Source: a bacterium (GTDB taxonomy: Bacteria; UBA8248; JACPRG01; G963555815). From it: a stretch of DNA of 64,000 nucleotides. Made by a program: the position numbers and the translations under genes. The notes under the pieces are model-generated. The model saw only the letters and a program-made list of their open reading frames with translations. It ran no database searches and was not told the DNA's origin. This document shows positions 10,764 to 20,560 of the stretch, one piece after another (positions within the stretch are counted from its first letter, which is position 1; each line of letters starts with the position of its first letter). The stretch is from the NCBI GenBank assembly GCA_965218795.1, contig OZ244653.1, forward strand, positions 4,960,001-5,024,000. The letters run 5' to 3'.

Positions 10764-10978
10764 TCTCTGCCTTCTCCAGGATGATTCCTTCTTCGTTCCG
10801 GGGTGCGGGTATTCGTTGATTTCGGATGGCGACTCAATCGGCGGATCGGATGCCGATTGGATGGGCGAATCCGATTCCCCCTTTCAAACTCTCCTGTTAG
10901 CCAGACTCGATCTGCGAGAGGTTCCAGTTTAACCGGTTTTCCGGCGGTGGGGTCCAGCGAATTGGTCAACCTTCGCAC

Positions 10979-11560
10979 TCAAGCGCCATTCGAGACTGGA
11001 CTGCAAAGTTTGGTCCGGCCCATCCAGATTAAAGCGAAAGACAATGCAATCATCCCCAGGAGCCCCGCGCCAATAGCGGACCATGCCAGCGGCTCCATCC
11101 CCGATCCGATGACGCGAAATCGAAATGCATCGGAGGAGAGCGCCCCGCCTGGCGCATCCAGGAGCCGCACCTGGATGCGATGACTCCCTCGGACCCGGAA
11201 GCGGGTCTGCGTTCTGAATCCGCCGGGCTGATATCTTTCCGCTTTGGAAACCCAGGGGACATCCGGATTGACATCCGACCATGCCCGAACGATCACCCGG
11301 CCCTCATGGTGTTTCGATTTCGTCCGGTTGTAAACGAAGGCCGTGAGATCGACATCTTCTTCGACCTTGGGTTGTTTCGGAGAAATATTGACGCGAATCC
11401 AATAGTCGCCATATCCCTTGACGAATGAGAGAAATTCCTTTCCTGAGCCGGGATGGTCGGATCGAGCGTTCCCTGGGAGCCCCCATTGGAGCCAAAGGGC
11501 GACTGCGAGAAAACAGACAATGCGGAAGATGGTAGGGCCGTTCAATTTCGCAGGGAACAC
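10979..11560 (-). CDS. Exported beta-rich protein with C-terminal TM anchor (possibly YtkA/FixH-like Ig fold)
   Basis: Signal peptide followed by SDHPG, beta-strand pattern, C-terminal hydrophobic helix; last gene of the cluster. Confidence 0.55.
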   Translation of the reverse strand: MFPAKLNGPTIFRIVCFLAVALWLQWGLPGNARSDHPGSGKEFLSFVKGYGDYWIRVNISPKQPKVEEDVDLTAFVYNRTKSKHHEGRVIVRAWSDVNPDVPWVSKAERYQPGGFRTQTRFRVRGSHRIQVRLLDAPGGALSSDAFRFRVIGSGMEPLAWSAIGAGLLGMIALSFALIWMGRTKLCSPVSNGA

Positions 11561-11612
11561 ATTGGTGTCCAGACTGGTTCGCTTTTGTGAATTCGGTCAG
11601 GATTTGCCGGAT

Positions 11613-12380
11613 TCAAGGGCCGGCGCACTTTTTCATCTCGAGACGCAGCTTTGCCGGCAGCGGAATTGTAAACCGGACACGCGAGATCCCTTCCCGCGGT
11701 ACCATGATTCGCTCCTCTCCAGTCCCGAGGAACTCATGCCAATATTGGACGGTTCGGGGACCGGGCGGGACATCCTCAATCCGAAAAATTCCGCGTGGTG
11801 AGCTCGTTGTAAAGAGCGGATGATCGAACGCCCGGATGTTCATCCTCATCCAGGGATGCCCGGGCGACCTGATGGACTCCCTGGCTGGTTGACTGAAACG
11901 CACGATTTTCCGTTTACCCCGTTGACTCAGCATAAAGGTCAGGTTCTTTTTCTTTGAGGCGGATTCTATTCGGACGGGTTTGCGCAACCCGTTGACGAAC
12001 GCCACTCGTTCGCCGGTTACGATCGCAAGGACGCGGGGTTCAAACCCGGCGGCCGTCGTCTTGATCACTCTCAGTTTGCGGCTCCTCCGCAGCTTCAGTG
12101 GGTCGGAGGGTTGGGAAACAAGGGAAACCATTGCATCTTCAATGGTCCCCCCCTTCGCGATTTTCAGGCCGAAGGCCAGACTTGCGCATTCGGCCTGATC
12201 GGCAAGCTCATGGATTTTCATCCCGGGATTTGAATAACGCTGGATCAGACGGGCGTATTCCGGCGCCGACTGAAATTCGCTCAGGCGGATCCGACCAATG
12301 ACCGTACCGGCTGTTGTGGGGCTCTCCAGCACGATCATGCTGATTCCGATGAGCAGACACTTCAGAGCACCGCGTATCAT
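11613..12380 (-). CDS. Exported carboxypeptidase-regulatory-like / cupredoxin-like domain protein
   Basis: GTVIGRI, FEPRVLAI..G..V.F.N, HPWM, HP.F, G.FRIEDVPPG...V..WHE.LG. Confidence 0.7.
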   Translation of the reverse strand: MIRGALKCLLIGISMIVLESPTTAGTVIGRIRLSEFQSAPEYARLIQRYSNPGMKIHELADQAECASLAFGLKIAKGGTIEDAMVSLVSQPSDPLKLRRSRKLRVIKTTAAGFEPRVLAIVTGERVAFVNGLRKPVRIESASKKKNLTFMLSQRGKRKIVRFSQPARESIRSPGHPWMRMNIRAFDHPLFTTSSPRGIFRIEDVPPGPRTVQYWHEFLGTGEERIMVPREGISRVRFTIPLPAKLRLEMKKCAGP

Positions 12381-12410
12381 TCCGGAAGGAATATCTCCAA
12401 AGGATTCATC

Positions 12411-12815
12411 CTACAGGGCCTTCAGGTCTTTCAGCGATTTTTCGATTCGTTGAAGAATGGTCAGGATCTCGTCGGGTTCTTCGCCGCTCAATGCCGCACG
12501 GAGAAGTTGGGCGTCCACCTTCAATCTCTTCGCGCGCTCTTTCTTGTCCGGCTCCTGGTAGGCACCCTCCAGCGTCTTTGCGCTTTTCTCGATGTGAACC
12601 GTATCCGTCTTGACCAACTCGATATTGAGGGGTTTTCTCTCCACTTCGGCTCGGATGGAGAAGTAATGTTGGATGATGTCGTTCAGCGGGGCTGCGGTCG
12701 GCGGCGGTGGCGATTCACATGATGCGAGCAACAGTCCACAAGCGAAAAGCGCCAAAGTCCGGGTTAAGGCGAACCGGGTTCGAGGAACAGGGACAGGAAA
12801 TGTGGCCGATGCCAT
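12411..12815 (-). CDS. Putative lipoprotein, helical
   Basis: Lipobox LLASC; co-oriented in the cluster. Confidence 0.6.
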   Translation of the reverse strand: MASATFPVPVPRTRFALTRTLALFACGLLLASCESPPPPTAAPLNDIIQHYFSIRAEVERKPLNIELVKTDTVHIEKSAKTLEGAYQEPDKKERAKRLKVDAQLLRAALSGEEPDEILTILQRIEKSLKDLKAL

Positions 12816-12842
12816 AATTTGTCTCCAATCGTTTCCCCGGGC

Positions 12843-13694
12843 CTACTCGGATTTGAGCGATACGACCCCCGAGAGGGTCCCCCCCTGTTTTCTTCGGACC
12901 CACCGTATAGCTCCGCAAATCAACAACAAGAGTCCAAACGTGCAAATAATCGTCGCGCCTGTCGGAAGGTTGAACTCGTAGGAAAAATAAAGCCCGAACA
13001 GGCTCGTCAGCACGCCGGAAATCCATGCGATCAGCAGCACGGATCGGATCTGCCTCGACAGGAGCATTGCCGAGACGGGGGGGACAATGAGATACGAGAA
13101 TACCAGAAGGACCCCTCCCGTCCTGATCGCAAAGGCGATCACAAACCCGAGTGAGAGGTAAAAAAGAAAGTTCCAGAGGGGGACCGAGAATTCGGCGTCC
13201 TTCGGCCGCTCGTGCTCCTGGGAGAGGAGAATAAACTTTTTTTGGAAGATCCCGTGAAACAAGCCAATGAGCCCAAAGGCGATCGCCATTTGCCAGAGTT
13301 GGCCCGGCGTCACAGCCAATATGTTCCCGAAGAGAAACTGTAACGCGCTGGCCTCACCCGTCGGAGACTTGGCGACGACCAGGATGGCCCCTGCGGAAGC
13401 GACGGCGTAAACGATTCCAATGAACGCCTCATGCGGAATCCGATCGTCGTCGATCCGAACCAATGCAAAGAGCGTCGCCCCCAAGAATGTGAAAAGAATC
13501 GATGTAATGATGGGCTGGAAACCAATCAGCAGGCCCAAAACCACGCCCAGGGACGAAATTTGGGCCAGGGCCAGATCAACGAAGACGATTCCCCGAAGAA
13601 CCACATGAACGCCAAAATAGGCGAGGATCCCTGTCAGTAAAACGCCCGCAAGGAAAGCCTGAATCATGAATGGCAGGGAAAAAAGCTCTAGCAT
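12843..13694 (-). CDS. Zn/Mn-type metal ABC transporter permease (ZnuB-like)
   Basis: YFGVHVVLRGIVFVDLALAQ, EAFIGIVYA, LFGNIL, GVLLVFSYLIVP, LPTGATI. Confidence 0.92.
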   Translation of the reverse strand: MLELFSLPFMIQAFLAGVLLTGILAYFGVHVVLRGIVFVDLALAQISSLGVVLGLLIGFQPIITSILFTFLGATLFALVRIDDDRIPHEAFIGIVYAVASAGAILVVAKSPTGEASALQFLFGNILAVTPGQLWQMAIAFGLIGLFHGIFQKKFILLSQEHERPKDAEFSVPLWNFLFYLSLGFVIAFAIRTGGVLLVFSYLIVPPVSAMLLSRQIRSVLLIAWISGVLTSLFGLYFSYEFNLPTGATIICTFGLLLLICGAIRWVRRKQGGTLSGVVSLKSE

Positions 13695-13740
13695 GGGTCG
13701 TTCTACCGGCTCAAGATTCCTTTCGGTCAAAGTTGAACAC

Positions 13741-14684
13741 TCACCCATCTCCTGCTGCGCGCAGCAATTCTTCGATGTTCCGATCAAAGAGCTTCAGGTA
13801 GGTTTCTGTTTCATGTTTTTTCCCTAACGAGATGGGCATCACCACGACTTTGGCGCCGGCCGAGCGGGCGACCATGGACGGAGTCGTAGAACTGTAAAAA
13901 GGAACCTGGAGGACCAGGCGGACATCCTCCAACTGCATCTCAGAGATGAGATCCTTCAGGCTTTTGGGAGAAGGCGGGATCCCGGGCCGAGGCTCGATGG
14001 GACGAAGCATTTTCAGCTTGAAGCGTTTGGCGAAGTAGGGCCAGATGTCATGGTAGCTGACAAAGAGCCTCCCCTCCAGCGGGGCCGCTCTTTTCTTCCA
14101 CCCCTCGAGACGCGCTCGAAGCGTCGCCTCGTAGGATCGTTGGTTCGATTGAATGAATTCCCGATTTTTGGATGACACGAAGGCGAGGGCCTGGGCGATG
14201 TTCCCCAAAATGATCGGCCCATTCAGGGGGTCCATCCAGTAATACGGATTGCCTTTGGTGTGGATGTGTTCCCCCGAGGCGATGGTTTTGCGGTCGGGCA
14301 CGTCCAGCCAGGTGATGCCTTTGGAGGCGTCCACGACTATCAGCTTTGAGTTCCCCGCGCTCTTGACGGCCGCCTCGTCCATTCCTCCTCGTCAGAGCCG
14401 GTCCAAATGAAAATCTGGGCCTTGCGGATGCGAAGGATGTCCCGCGGTGTGGCCTGGGACAGGTGCGGATCCTGGTAGGGTTTGCCGATGCTGTAGACGC
14501 GGACCCGGTCCTTACCCAAGACTTCGACGAAGTGCTTCAGGACTGTCGTCGTCGTGACCACCTGGACGGGCTTCGCTGCCGCCGGCGGAACGAATCCACC
14601 CGTCCAGCCCCAGAAGAGAAGCAGGGAGAAGAGAAAGAGACGCATCGGCTTCGCCAACGAATCCCTGTCGGTGAGATTCGTCAT
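13741..14684 (-). CDS. Metal ABC transporter substrate-binding protein (ZnuA/TroA-like); one frameshift near 14380
   Basis: VVTTT, QDPH in one frame; GNPYYWMDP, YHDIWPYFA, IEPRPGIPPSP in the next frame. Adding one G to TGG-GAC fuses them. Confidence 0.87.
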
Positions 14685-14703
14685 CTTTGAACCTGCGCTG
14701 TTG

Positions 14704-15360
14704 TCAATGGCTGCGCTTCTTGCGCTGGGCCGGCGCTCCGTGCTTCTTCTTGGCAGGCTTGTCCCCTTCGACTGCGTGGTCGTGACCCCCTTCTTTCCGA
14801 AGGCTGGACAGGTAGGCCACCAGATCGAGCAGGTCCTGGAGCGTGAGGACGTCGGCGTAGCTCGGCATGGTGGAGAGTCCATCCTCTCCGGCGTACCCCT
14901 TCTCGATCACGATGACCCGGTTTGGATTCAAAATGGACTCGGCAAAGTACTCCGGAGGGTGATGGGAGCCCATGCCGGTCAGGTCGGGACCGACGTCCTC
15001 GGGCCCCCGATCGATAGGCGGAATCTTCTCTCCCCGGACCGAGTGGCACTGGTGGCATTCCAGTTCGATGAACAGCTTCCGTCCCTGGTCGGGGTCGCCA
15101 TGGGGAACCCGGAAGGTCCAGCCTTTCGGTACGCCCGTCTTGTGCAGCTCCTCATACGTGAGGCGGACGGGGGGCGGCGCCTTGCGGCCGGACTTGCTCT
15201 TGTGGGCCAGGATGAGGACGTCCGGTTCGAGTGAGAGCCTGTTCGGTTCTTGCAGAAAACCGACATTGGCTCCCCTCGTGATGCTCGGGCCCAGGACGAG
15301 CGCTCCCGCGGTGATGAGCATGATTCCGGCCTGGAATGTTCTTTTCATCATGCGTTCCAC
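14704..15360 (-). CDS. Monoheme c-type cytochrome
   Basis: Signal peptide; GDPDQGRKLF...CHQCH, GPDLT, ESILNP, MPSY...DLVAYL; His-containing basic tail. Confidence 0.88.
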   Translation of the reverse strand: MERMMKRTFQAGIMLITAGALVLGPSITRGANVGFLQEPNRLSLEPDVLILAHKSKSGRKAPPPVRLTYEELHKTGVPKGWTFRVPHGDPDQGRKLFIELECHQCHSVRGEKIPPIDRGPEDVGPDLTGMGSHHPPEYFAESILNPNRVIVIEKGYAGEDGLSTMPSYADVLTLQDLLDLVAYLSSLRKEGGHDHAVEGDKPAKKKHGAPAQRKKRSH

Positions 15361-15588
15361 ATCGTCCCCTCACGCTACAGGAGGCGGTCCGATTTTCATC
15401 CGGCCGCCTCCCCCAATCCTCCATTTTCTCCCGTTGTACAGGTTGGCGGGATTTCGTGCAAGAGGGAGCATCCGGGCGATTCGAATTCTTTTCTCTGCTG
15501 GAAGCGGGTGGTACAGATATCGATCCGGGGTTAGAATGGAAAGAGCGGTCGATTGACGCAAATCTTACAGATCGAGGAGATGATTCAG

Positions 15589-16266
15589 ATGGCCGAGAAG
15601 CTCGACATCACCTGTTACGTCTGCTACGTCTGACCTTACGCCTACCGGGCCATGGAATGGCTGGAAAGGCTGAAAAAACGAAGCAACGGCGATATGAAGG
15701 TCACTTACAAGGCCTTTGTTCTCGAACAGGCCAACTTCGCATCACGCCATGAGCCGGGATGGAAAGTTTGGGAGGACAAGGACTTCCCGAGCCGGGATAT
15801 GCCGGCCCTGCAGGCCTCCAAATGCGCTCTGAGGCAGGGAGAGGAGGAATTCCTTCGCTACAACCAACTCCTATTCAGGGCCAGACACCGCAAGAATCTG
15901 GATATTACCAATCAACTGATCCTTTGGGATGTTGCGCGCGAAGCGGGTCTCGATCTGGAACGGTTCTCCGAGGGCATGCGGAACGGAGCCGGCATCAAGG
16001 AAGTAGCCAAGGATCACGAAGAGGCCGTCAAAAAGCACGGAATGTTTGGGGTCCCGACGCTGATTTTCAACAGGGGCGTCCCCGTATTCGTCAAGTTGGA
16101 AGAGGGCCGTTGGGAAAAGAGCTCCAAGCAGGACGCGGAGCTTTTAGACATTCTCCAGCGGAACTCCGAAGGGATGCCTCATGTCCTCGAGATGAAGCAG
16201 CCTGAATCGGCCAAGCTCGCGGAACGATCAGCCGTCAAGTATCGGGCCCATCAGGGGGGCCAGTAA
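15589..16266 (+). CDS. DsbA/FrnE-family thioredoxin-fold selenoprotein (Sec at codon 15, TGA 15631-15633)
   Basis: GAGGAG RBS, ATG 15589, MAEKLDITCYVCYV-TGA-PYAYRAMEWL in frame with ORF 15652..16266; cis-Pro loop GMFGVPTLIF; hairpin directly after TGA. Confidence 0.8.
15640..15670 (+). promoter_or_regulatory. Candidate bacterial SECIS hairpin
   Basis: GCCT-ACCGG-GCCA-TGGAA-TGGC-TGGAA-AGGC: GCCU/AGGC lower stem, GGCCA/UGGCU upper stem, G-containing apical loop, starting 6 nt after the UGA. Confidence 0.68.
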
Positions 16267-16481
16267 CCCAAGGCGGCCCCGGCCATTGCCCGGACACCCC
16301 GAACGGCCTCAGGCGGGAATCGAGAGGGGAAAGGCTGTTTGGCCTTTTCCCTCTTGCGCCTCCGGAAGCCTCGACCCGCCAGACGGTTGGCAGGCCGACA
16401 CGAAGTCACTTCTGAAAGGCGCCGACCGAGCGCTTCGGCTTCATCGTAGGTGTCGACGGGGAATGCGTGCTCCTTTCAGTG

Positions 16482-16517
16482 TTGTATGGCCATGTCCCGG
16501 GGGACATGGCCATACAA
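16482..16517. repeat. Perfect inverted repeat (17-bp arms)
   Basis: TTGTATGGCCATGTCCC-GG-GGGACATGGCCATACAA, just downstream of the capsid remnant stop. Confidence 0.85.
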
Positions 16518-16524
16518 TCCTATG

Positions 16525-16668
16525 TTAAGTAACCTGCGCCTCGTCAGCGGTCAGTGCATCCACACGACGAACAGGGATGCCGTCGAACATCATCACCATC
16601 TTCCCGCTGACCTGCTCCATCGTCAGGGTGGAGTTCTTCACCTTGTCGATAATTTGCAGGCGCAGGGC
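16525..16668 (-). pseudogene. C-terminal remnant of a phage major capsid protein (epsilon15 gp7-like)
   Basis: LRLQIIDKVKNSTLTMEQVSGKMVMMFDGIPVRRVDALTADEAQVT*; the F.G.P.R..DAL...EA.V ending is recalled from this capsid family. Confidence 0.62.
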
Positions 16669-16920
16669 CAACCAATCCGGGGATGTCCGGGCGATGCACG
16701 GGGCTTCCCGCGGCCAAGACGAGCCGGTCGAAGGGGAGTCGTGTTTCAACCGATTCGGTCTGGACTTCGACCCCCTTGGAATCGAATTGGATGCCGGTTA
16801 CGTTTCTGTACTTGCCAATCGCTGCGGATCGAATATGATGAATAAAGTCAATCTGCGCTTGACCCCGGTTCCGAGCGTGTTGCAGGCAATTGGAAGGCCG
16901 ATAGCCCGGGAGGCATGAAG

Positions 16921-17025
16921 ATGGTGGACATGGATTTTCTCTTCATTGCAGGTACCATTGGGATGGTGGTGGCAGCCGTCGCACTCGTGATTATTGCCGC
17001 ATTCTCGATATTCCGGAGAAGTTGA
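16921..17025 (+). CDS. Putative small single-pass membrane protein (34 aa)
   Basis: GGGAGG 7 nt upstream; MVDMDFLFIAGTIGMVVAAVALVIIAAFSIFRRS*. Confidence 0.5.
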   Translation: MVDMDFLFIAGTIGMVVAAVALVIIAAFSIFRRS

Positions 17026-17362
17026 GCTGGCTTTGCCCTCCGAATGAAATGCCGCCTTTCCAATGCTCATCTTTCGATCGGAATAGACGGTCGATTCATC
17101 CCTTTTATCTCTGTTCCAAATAGCTCCCAATCAGGGCGAGGAAGGTCTATTCCGCCGGTTATCAGAAGTCATTTTGTCATTCTGGCTGTTGCCTGAGCTT
17201 ATTTGTATTTTATTTGTTTAATTTATGTTTTTATTTTATATTTTGTAGCAAGAGGTGTACAGGCATCAATCTCGATTTTGTCGAGGGGGTCTCGGGGTTA
17301 GACCGAATTTCATGGTTTTTCCCACATATTCCAAATATTGTCCATGAAATTGAACTTTCCGC

Positions 17363-17416
17363 TTGACACCACTATATCTAGTGCGTTACGAATAGTGTTT
17401 CCTCTGGATATTGTGT
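17363..17416 (+). promoter_or_regulatory. nrdJ promoter with tandem NrdR boxes
   Basis: TTGACA 17363-17368; CCACTATATCTAGTGC (17369-17384) and CCTCTGGATATTGTGT (17401-17416), 32 bp apart, match acaCwAtATaTwGtg. Confidence 0.82.
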
Positions 17417-17573
17417 TTTAAAACATGATACCCGGCAGGATTCGGAACTGGGAACGGCTCAGGGGGAGGATGGCCGAGCTAGGAATCTGAAAACAAGATC
17501 CAGGACCGAATTTTCTCCAAACAAGTTTTGGCAAACAGTCATTCCAAACACCTTAGGGAGGGGGTCATATTTC

Positions 17574-20360
17574 ATGGCGGAAGAAGGGCGGGCAATGGTC
17601 AGCAAATCCGAAAAGAAAGCCCGGAATGGGCGCTTAGTGGCTTCTGAAAGAGGGACAGGACTGAAAATCGCCCGTTATTTCACCGATCCCGCCATCCATC
17701 CATACGATGCGATCGAAGGAGGTTGGGGCCATCGAACCGCGGTCATCTACGACGAAAAAGGAGAGGAAATCTTCCGTCAGGATGATGTCGAGGTTCCTAA
17801 TTCCTGGTCCGAGTTATCGCTCAACGTAGTCGTATCGAAATACTTCAAGAAATCGAAAATTCCGGAAGAACGAGAAAAAAGCGCCAAGGAGATGATCGAC
17901 CGGGTCGCCAAGACCATGGCGGACTGGGGCCGGGAGGACGGGTACTTTGCGACGCCCGTGGATGCCGAAACCTTTGAAGCGGAGCTCACCCATATCTTGA
18001 TCAACCAAATGGCTGCGTTCAACAGTCCGGTTTGGTTCAACGTGGGTCTCGAGCCGAAGCCCCAGTGCTCGGCCTGTTTCATCAACTCCGTCGATGACAG
18101 CATGAATTCCATCCTGAAGCTGGCCCACACCGAAGGGATGCTTTTCAAATACGGGTCGGGAACGGGGACGAACCTCTCCACCATCCGCTCGTCCAAAGAG
18201 GCCCTTTCCAACGGCGGCGAGGCATCGGGCCCGGTGTCCTTCATGCGCGGATACGACGCCTTCGCCGGCGTGATCAAGTCGGGCGGCAAGACCCGAAGAG
18301 CGGCCAAGATGGTCATCCTCAACGTGGACCATCCGGACATCGAGGTGTTCATCAACTGCAAGGCGGATGAAGAGAAGAAGGCGTGGAGCCTGATCGACGC
18401 AGGCTACGACGGCTCGTTCAACGGCGAAGCCTATCAATCCGTTTTCTTCCAGAACAGCAACAACAGCGTCCGTGCGACCGATGAATTCATGCAATCGGTT
18501 CTGGAGGATGGGGATTGGCGGACGCACGCGGTGACCGAGCCTGAGCGTGTGGTCGATCGCTATCGGGCGCGCGAACTGATGGATCGAATTGCCGATGCCG
18601 CCTGGATTTGCGGGGATCCGGGGCTTCAGTTCGATACGACCATCAATGACTGGCACACCTGCCCGGAGACCGACCGGATCTATGCCAGCAACCCGTGCAG
18701 CGAGTACATGTTCCTGGACAACTCGGCCTGTAATCTGGCGTCGCTCAACCTGATGAAGTTTCGCGATGCGGAAGGGAACTTCGACGTCGATGCCTACCTG
18801 CACGCCGTCCGCGTGATCATCACGGCCCAGGAAATAATTGTCGACCGCGCCGGCTACCCGAGCCCTTCCATCGAGCGGAACAGTCACGACTACCGACCGC
18901 TCGGTCTCGGATACGCCAACCTGGGGGCCCTGCTGCTGGCCGAAGGCATCCCCTACGACAGTCCGGCCGCCCGGGCTTGGGCGGGCGCATTGGCCGCCAT
19001 CATGACCGGAGAGGCCTACCGCATGTCGGCTGAAATCGCCGAACACACCGGGCCCTTCCCGGGATATCCGGATAACGCGAAGTCCATGCTTCGTGTGATG
19101 CGGAAGCATCAGGCGGCCGTCGATGATATCGAGCATGACTATCTGCCGGCCGATATTTCTGCGGCCGCCCACAGGGTCTGGAGCGATGCCGTGACGCTGG
19201 GGGGAGTGAACGGCTACCGCAATGCGCAGGCCACCGTCATCGCGCCGACCGGCACGATCGCTTTCCTGATGGACTGCGACACCACGGGGGTCGAGCCTGA
19301 CATCGCGCTCATCAAGTACAAGAAGCTGGTGGGCGGGGGCCTCTTCAAGATCGTCAATCAGACGGTCCCCGAGTCCCTCCAGAAACTGGGCTATTCGAAA
19401 GAGCAGTCCAGCCGAATCGTGGAGTACATCGACGAGAATGACACCATCGAAGGGGCGCCGGACCTGAAGGAGGAGCACCTACCGGTCTTCGACTGCGCCT
19501 TCAAACCGGCCAAGGGCATCCGCGCCATCCACTACATGGGACACGTGCGGATGATGGCCGCAGTCCAGCCATTCATCTCCGGGGCCATCAGCAAGACGGT
19601 CAACATGCCGCACGAAGCGACGCCGGAAGAAATCTCCCGCACCTACATCGACTCTTGGAAGCTGGGGCTCAAGGCCATCGCGGTCTATCGGGACGGCTGC
19701 AAGCGCACACAGCCGCTCAATACCTCGAGGGATGAGGTCAAGGAGGCCAAAGAGGAGATCGAAGCGGCGGAAGCGCGCGGTCTGGTGCGCCGCCGCCTGC
19801 CGGACGAGCGGAAGTCGCTGACTCATAAGTTCAGTGTGGGAGGACACGAGGGATACATCACCGTCGGTATGTACGACGACGGGAAACCCGGTGAGATATT
19901 CATCACCATGGCAAAGGAAGGCTCGGTCATCTCGGGCCTGATGGATACGATCGCCACGGTGACCTCCATTGCTTTGCAATACGGCGTTCCGGTTCAGGTG
20001 TTGGTAGACAAGTTCAGCCATACGCGGTTCGAGCCGTCCGGGTACACGAACAATCCCGAAATCCGTCACGCGAAGAGTCTGATGGATTACCTCTTCCGCT
20101 GGATCGGGCTGAAATTCCCGGACCAGGACGAGGCGGCCGATGCCGGCACGGCCGTCGCAACCGTAGAGGTCACGAACGGAGCGCCCGCTGCGGAGTCGCC
20201 CGTCACCGATAACCAGGCCGCAACTCTGGAAGAAGCGGAGAAGGCCATTTTCCAGGCCCAGGCCGACGCGCCTCCATGCCACGCCTGCGGCAGCAGTATG
20301 GTCCGCAGCGGCTCCTGCTACCGCTGCCTCAACTGCGGCGAAACGAGCGGGTGTAGCTGA
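17574..20360 (+). CDS. nrdJ: Adenosylcobalamin-dependent (class II) ribonucleotide reductase with TSCPD domain and C-terminal Zn ribbon
   Basis: FNSPVWFN, QCSACFI, RRAAKM, SNPCSEY, CNLASLN, APTGT, GAISKTVN, YRDG; RRRLPDER..THKF; CHACG...CLNCGETSGCS. Confidence 0.96.
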   Translation: MAEEGRAMVSKSEKKARNGRLVASERGTGLKIARYFTDPAIHPYDAIEGGWGHRTAVIYDEKGEEIFRQDDVEVPNSWSELSLNVVVSKYFKKSKIPEEREKSAKEMIDRVAKTMADWGREDGYFATPVDAETFEAELTHILINQMAAFNSPVWFNVGLEPKPQCSACFINSVDDSMNSILKLAHTEGMLFKYGSGTGTNLSTIRSSKEALSNGGEASGPVSFMRGYDAFAGVIKSGGKTRRAAKMVILNVDHPDIEVFINCKADEEKKAWSLIDAGYDGSFNGEAYQSVFFQNSNNSVRATDEFMQSVLEDGDWRTHAVTEPERVVDRYRARELMDRIADAAWICGDPGLQFDTTINDWHTCPETDRIYASNPCSEYMFLDNSACNLASLNLMKFRDAEGNFDVDAYLHAVRVIITAQEIIVDRAGYPSPSIERNSHDYRPLGLGYANLGALLLAEGIPYDSPAARAWAGALAAIMTGEAYRMSAEIAEHTGPFPGYPDNAKSMLRVMRKHQAAVDDIEHDYLPADISAAAHRVWSDAVTLGGVNGYRNAQATVIAPTGTIAFLMDCDTTGVEPDIALIKYKKLVGGGLFKIVNQTVPESLQKLGYSKEQSSRIVEYIDENDTIEGAPDLKEEHLPVFDCAFKPAKGIRAIHYMGHVRMMAAVQPFISGAISKTVNMPHEATPEEISRTYIDSWKLGLKAIAVYRDGCKRTQPLNTSRDEVKEAKEEIEAAEARGLVRRRLPDERKSLTHKFSVGGHEGYITVGMYDDGKPGEIFITMAKEGSVISGLMDTIATVTSIALQYGVPVQVLVDKFSHTRFEPSGYTNNPEIRHAKSLMDYLFRWIGLKFPDQDEAADAGTAVATVEVTNGAPAAESPVTDNQAATLEEAEKAIFQAQADAPPCHACGSSMVRSGSCYRCLNCGETSGCS

Positions 20361-20367
20361 AAAGATT

Positions 20368-20560
20368 GGGGGGACATTTTGAAAACTGTCCCCCCCATCC
20401 CCCCTCGAAAACTTTCATTTCGCGCAATCGGGGCGGCCCCCTTCCAGGGCCGCCCCGATTGCGCAAGAAGCTGGTCATCATACCGGAGCCATCTACTCGC
20501 TGGCAGGTTGTGCCCGAGGCATGACCGTCAAAAAGTTTTTCGGGGGGTTCCAAGAGGGGG
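20368..20560. repeat. Cluster of intergenic GC hairpins (terminator/REP-like) between convergent genes
   Basis: GGGGGACA-TTTTGAAAAC-TGTCCCCC, GGGGCGGCCC..GGGCCGCCCC and CCCCCTCGAAAACTTT / AAAAGTTTTTCGGGGGG. Confidence 0.5.

Noticed and set aside
13741-14382. Independent gene starting at ATG 14382 after GAGGAGGA
   Set aside because: The SD-like sequence abuts the ATG and encodes EEE of the upstream half; the two halves form one ZnuA-like protein.
16798-17130. His/Cys-rich 110-aa ORF suggesting a metal-binding protein
   Set aside because: It is the antisense reading of the hydrophobic plus-strand small ORF (GTG/ATG codons read as His); no RBS.
17130-17573. Cobalamin riboswitch upstream of nrdJ
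   Set aside because: No B12-box or other conserved core seen; NrdR boxes explain the regulation.
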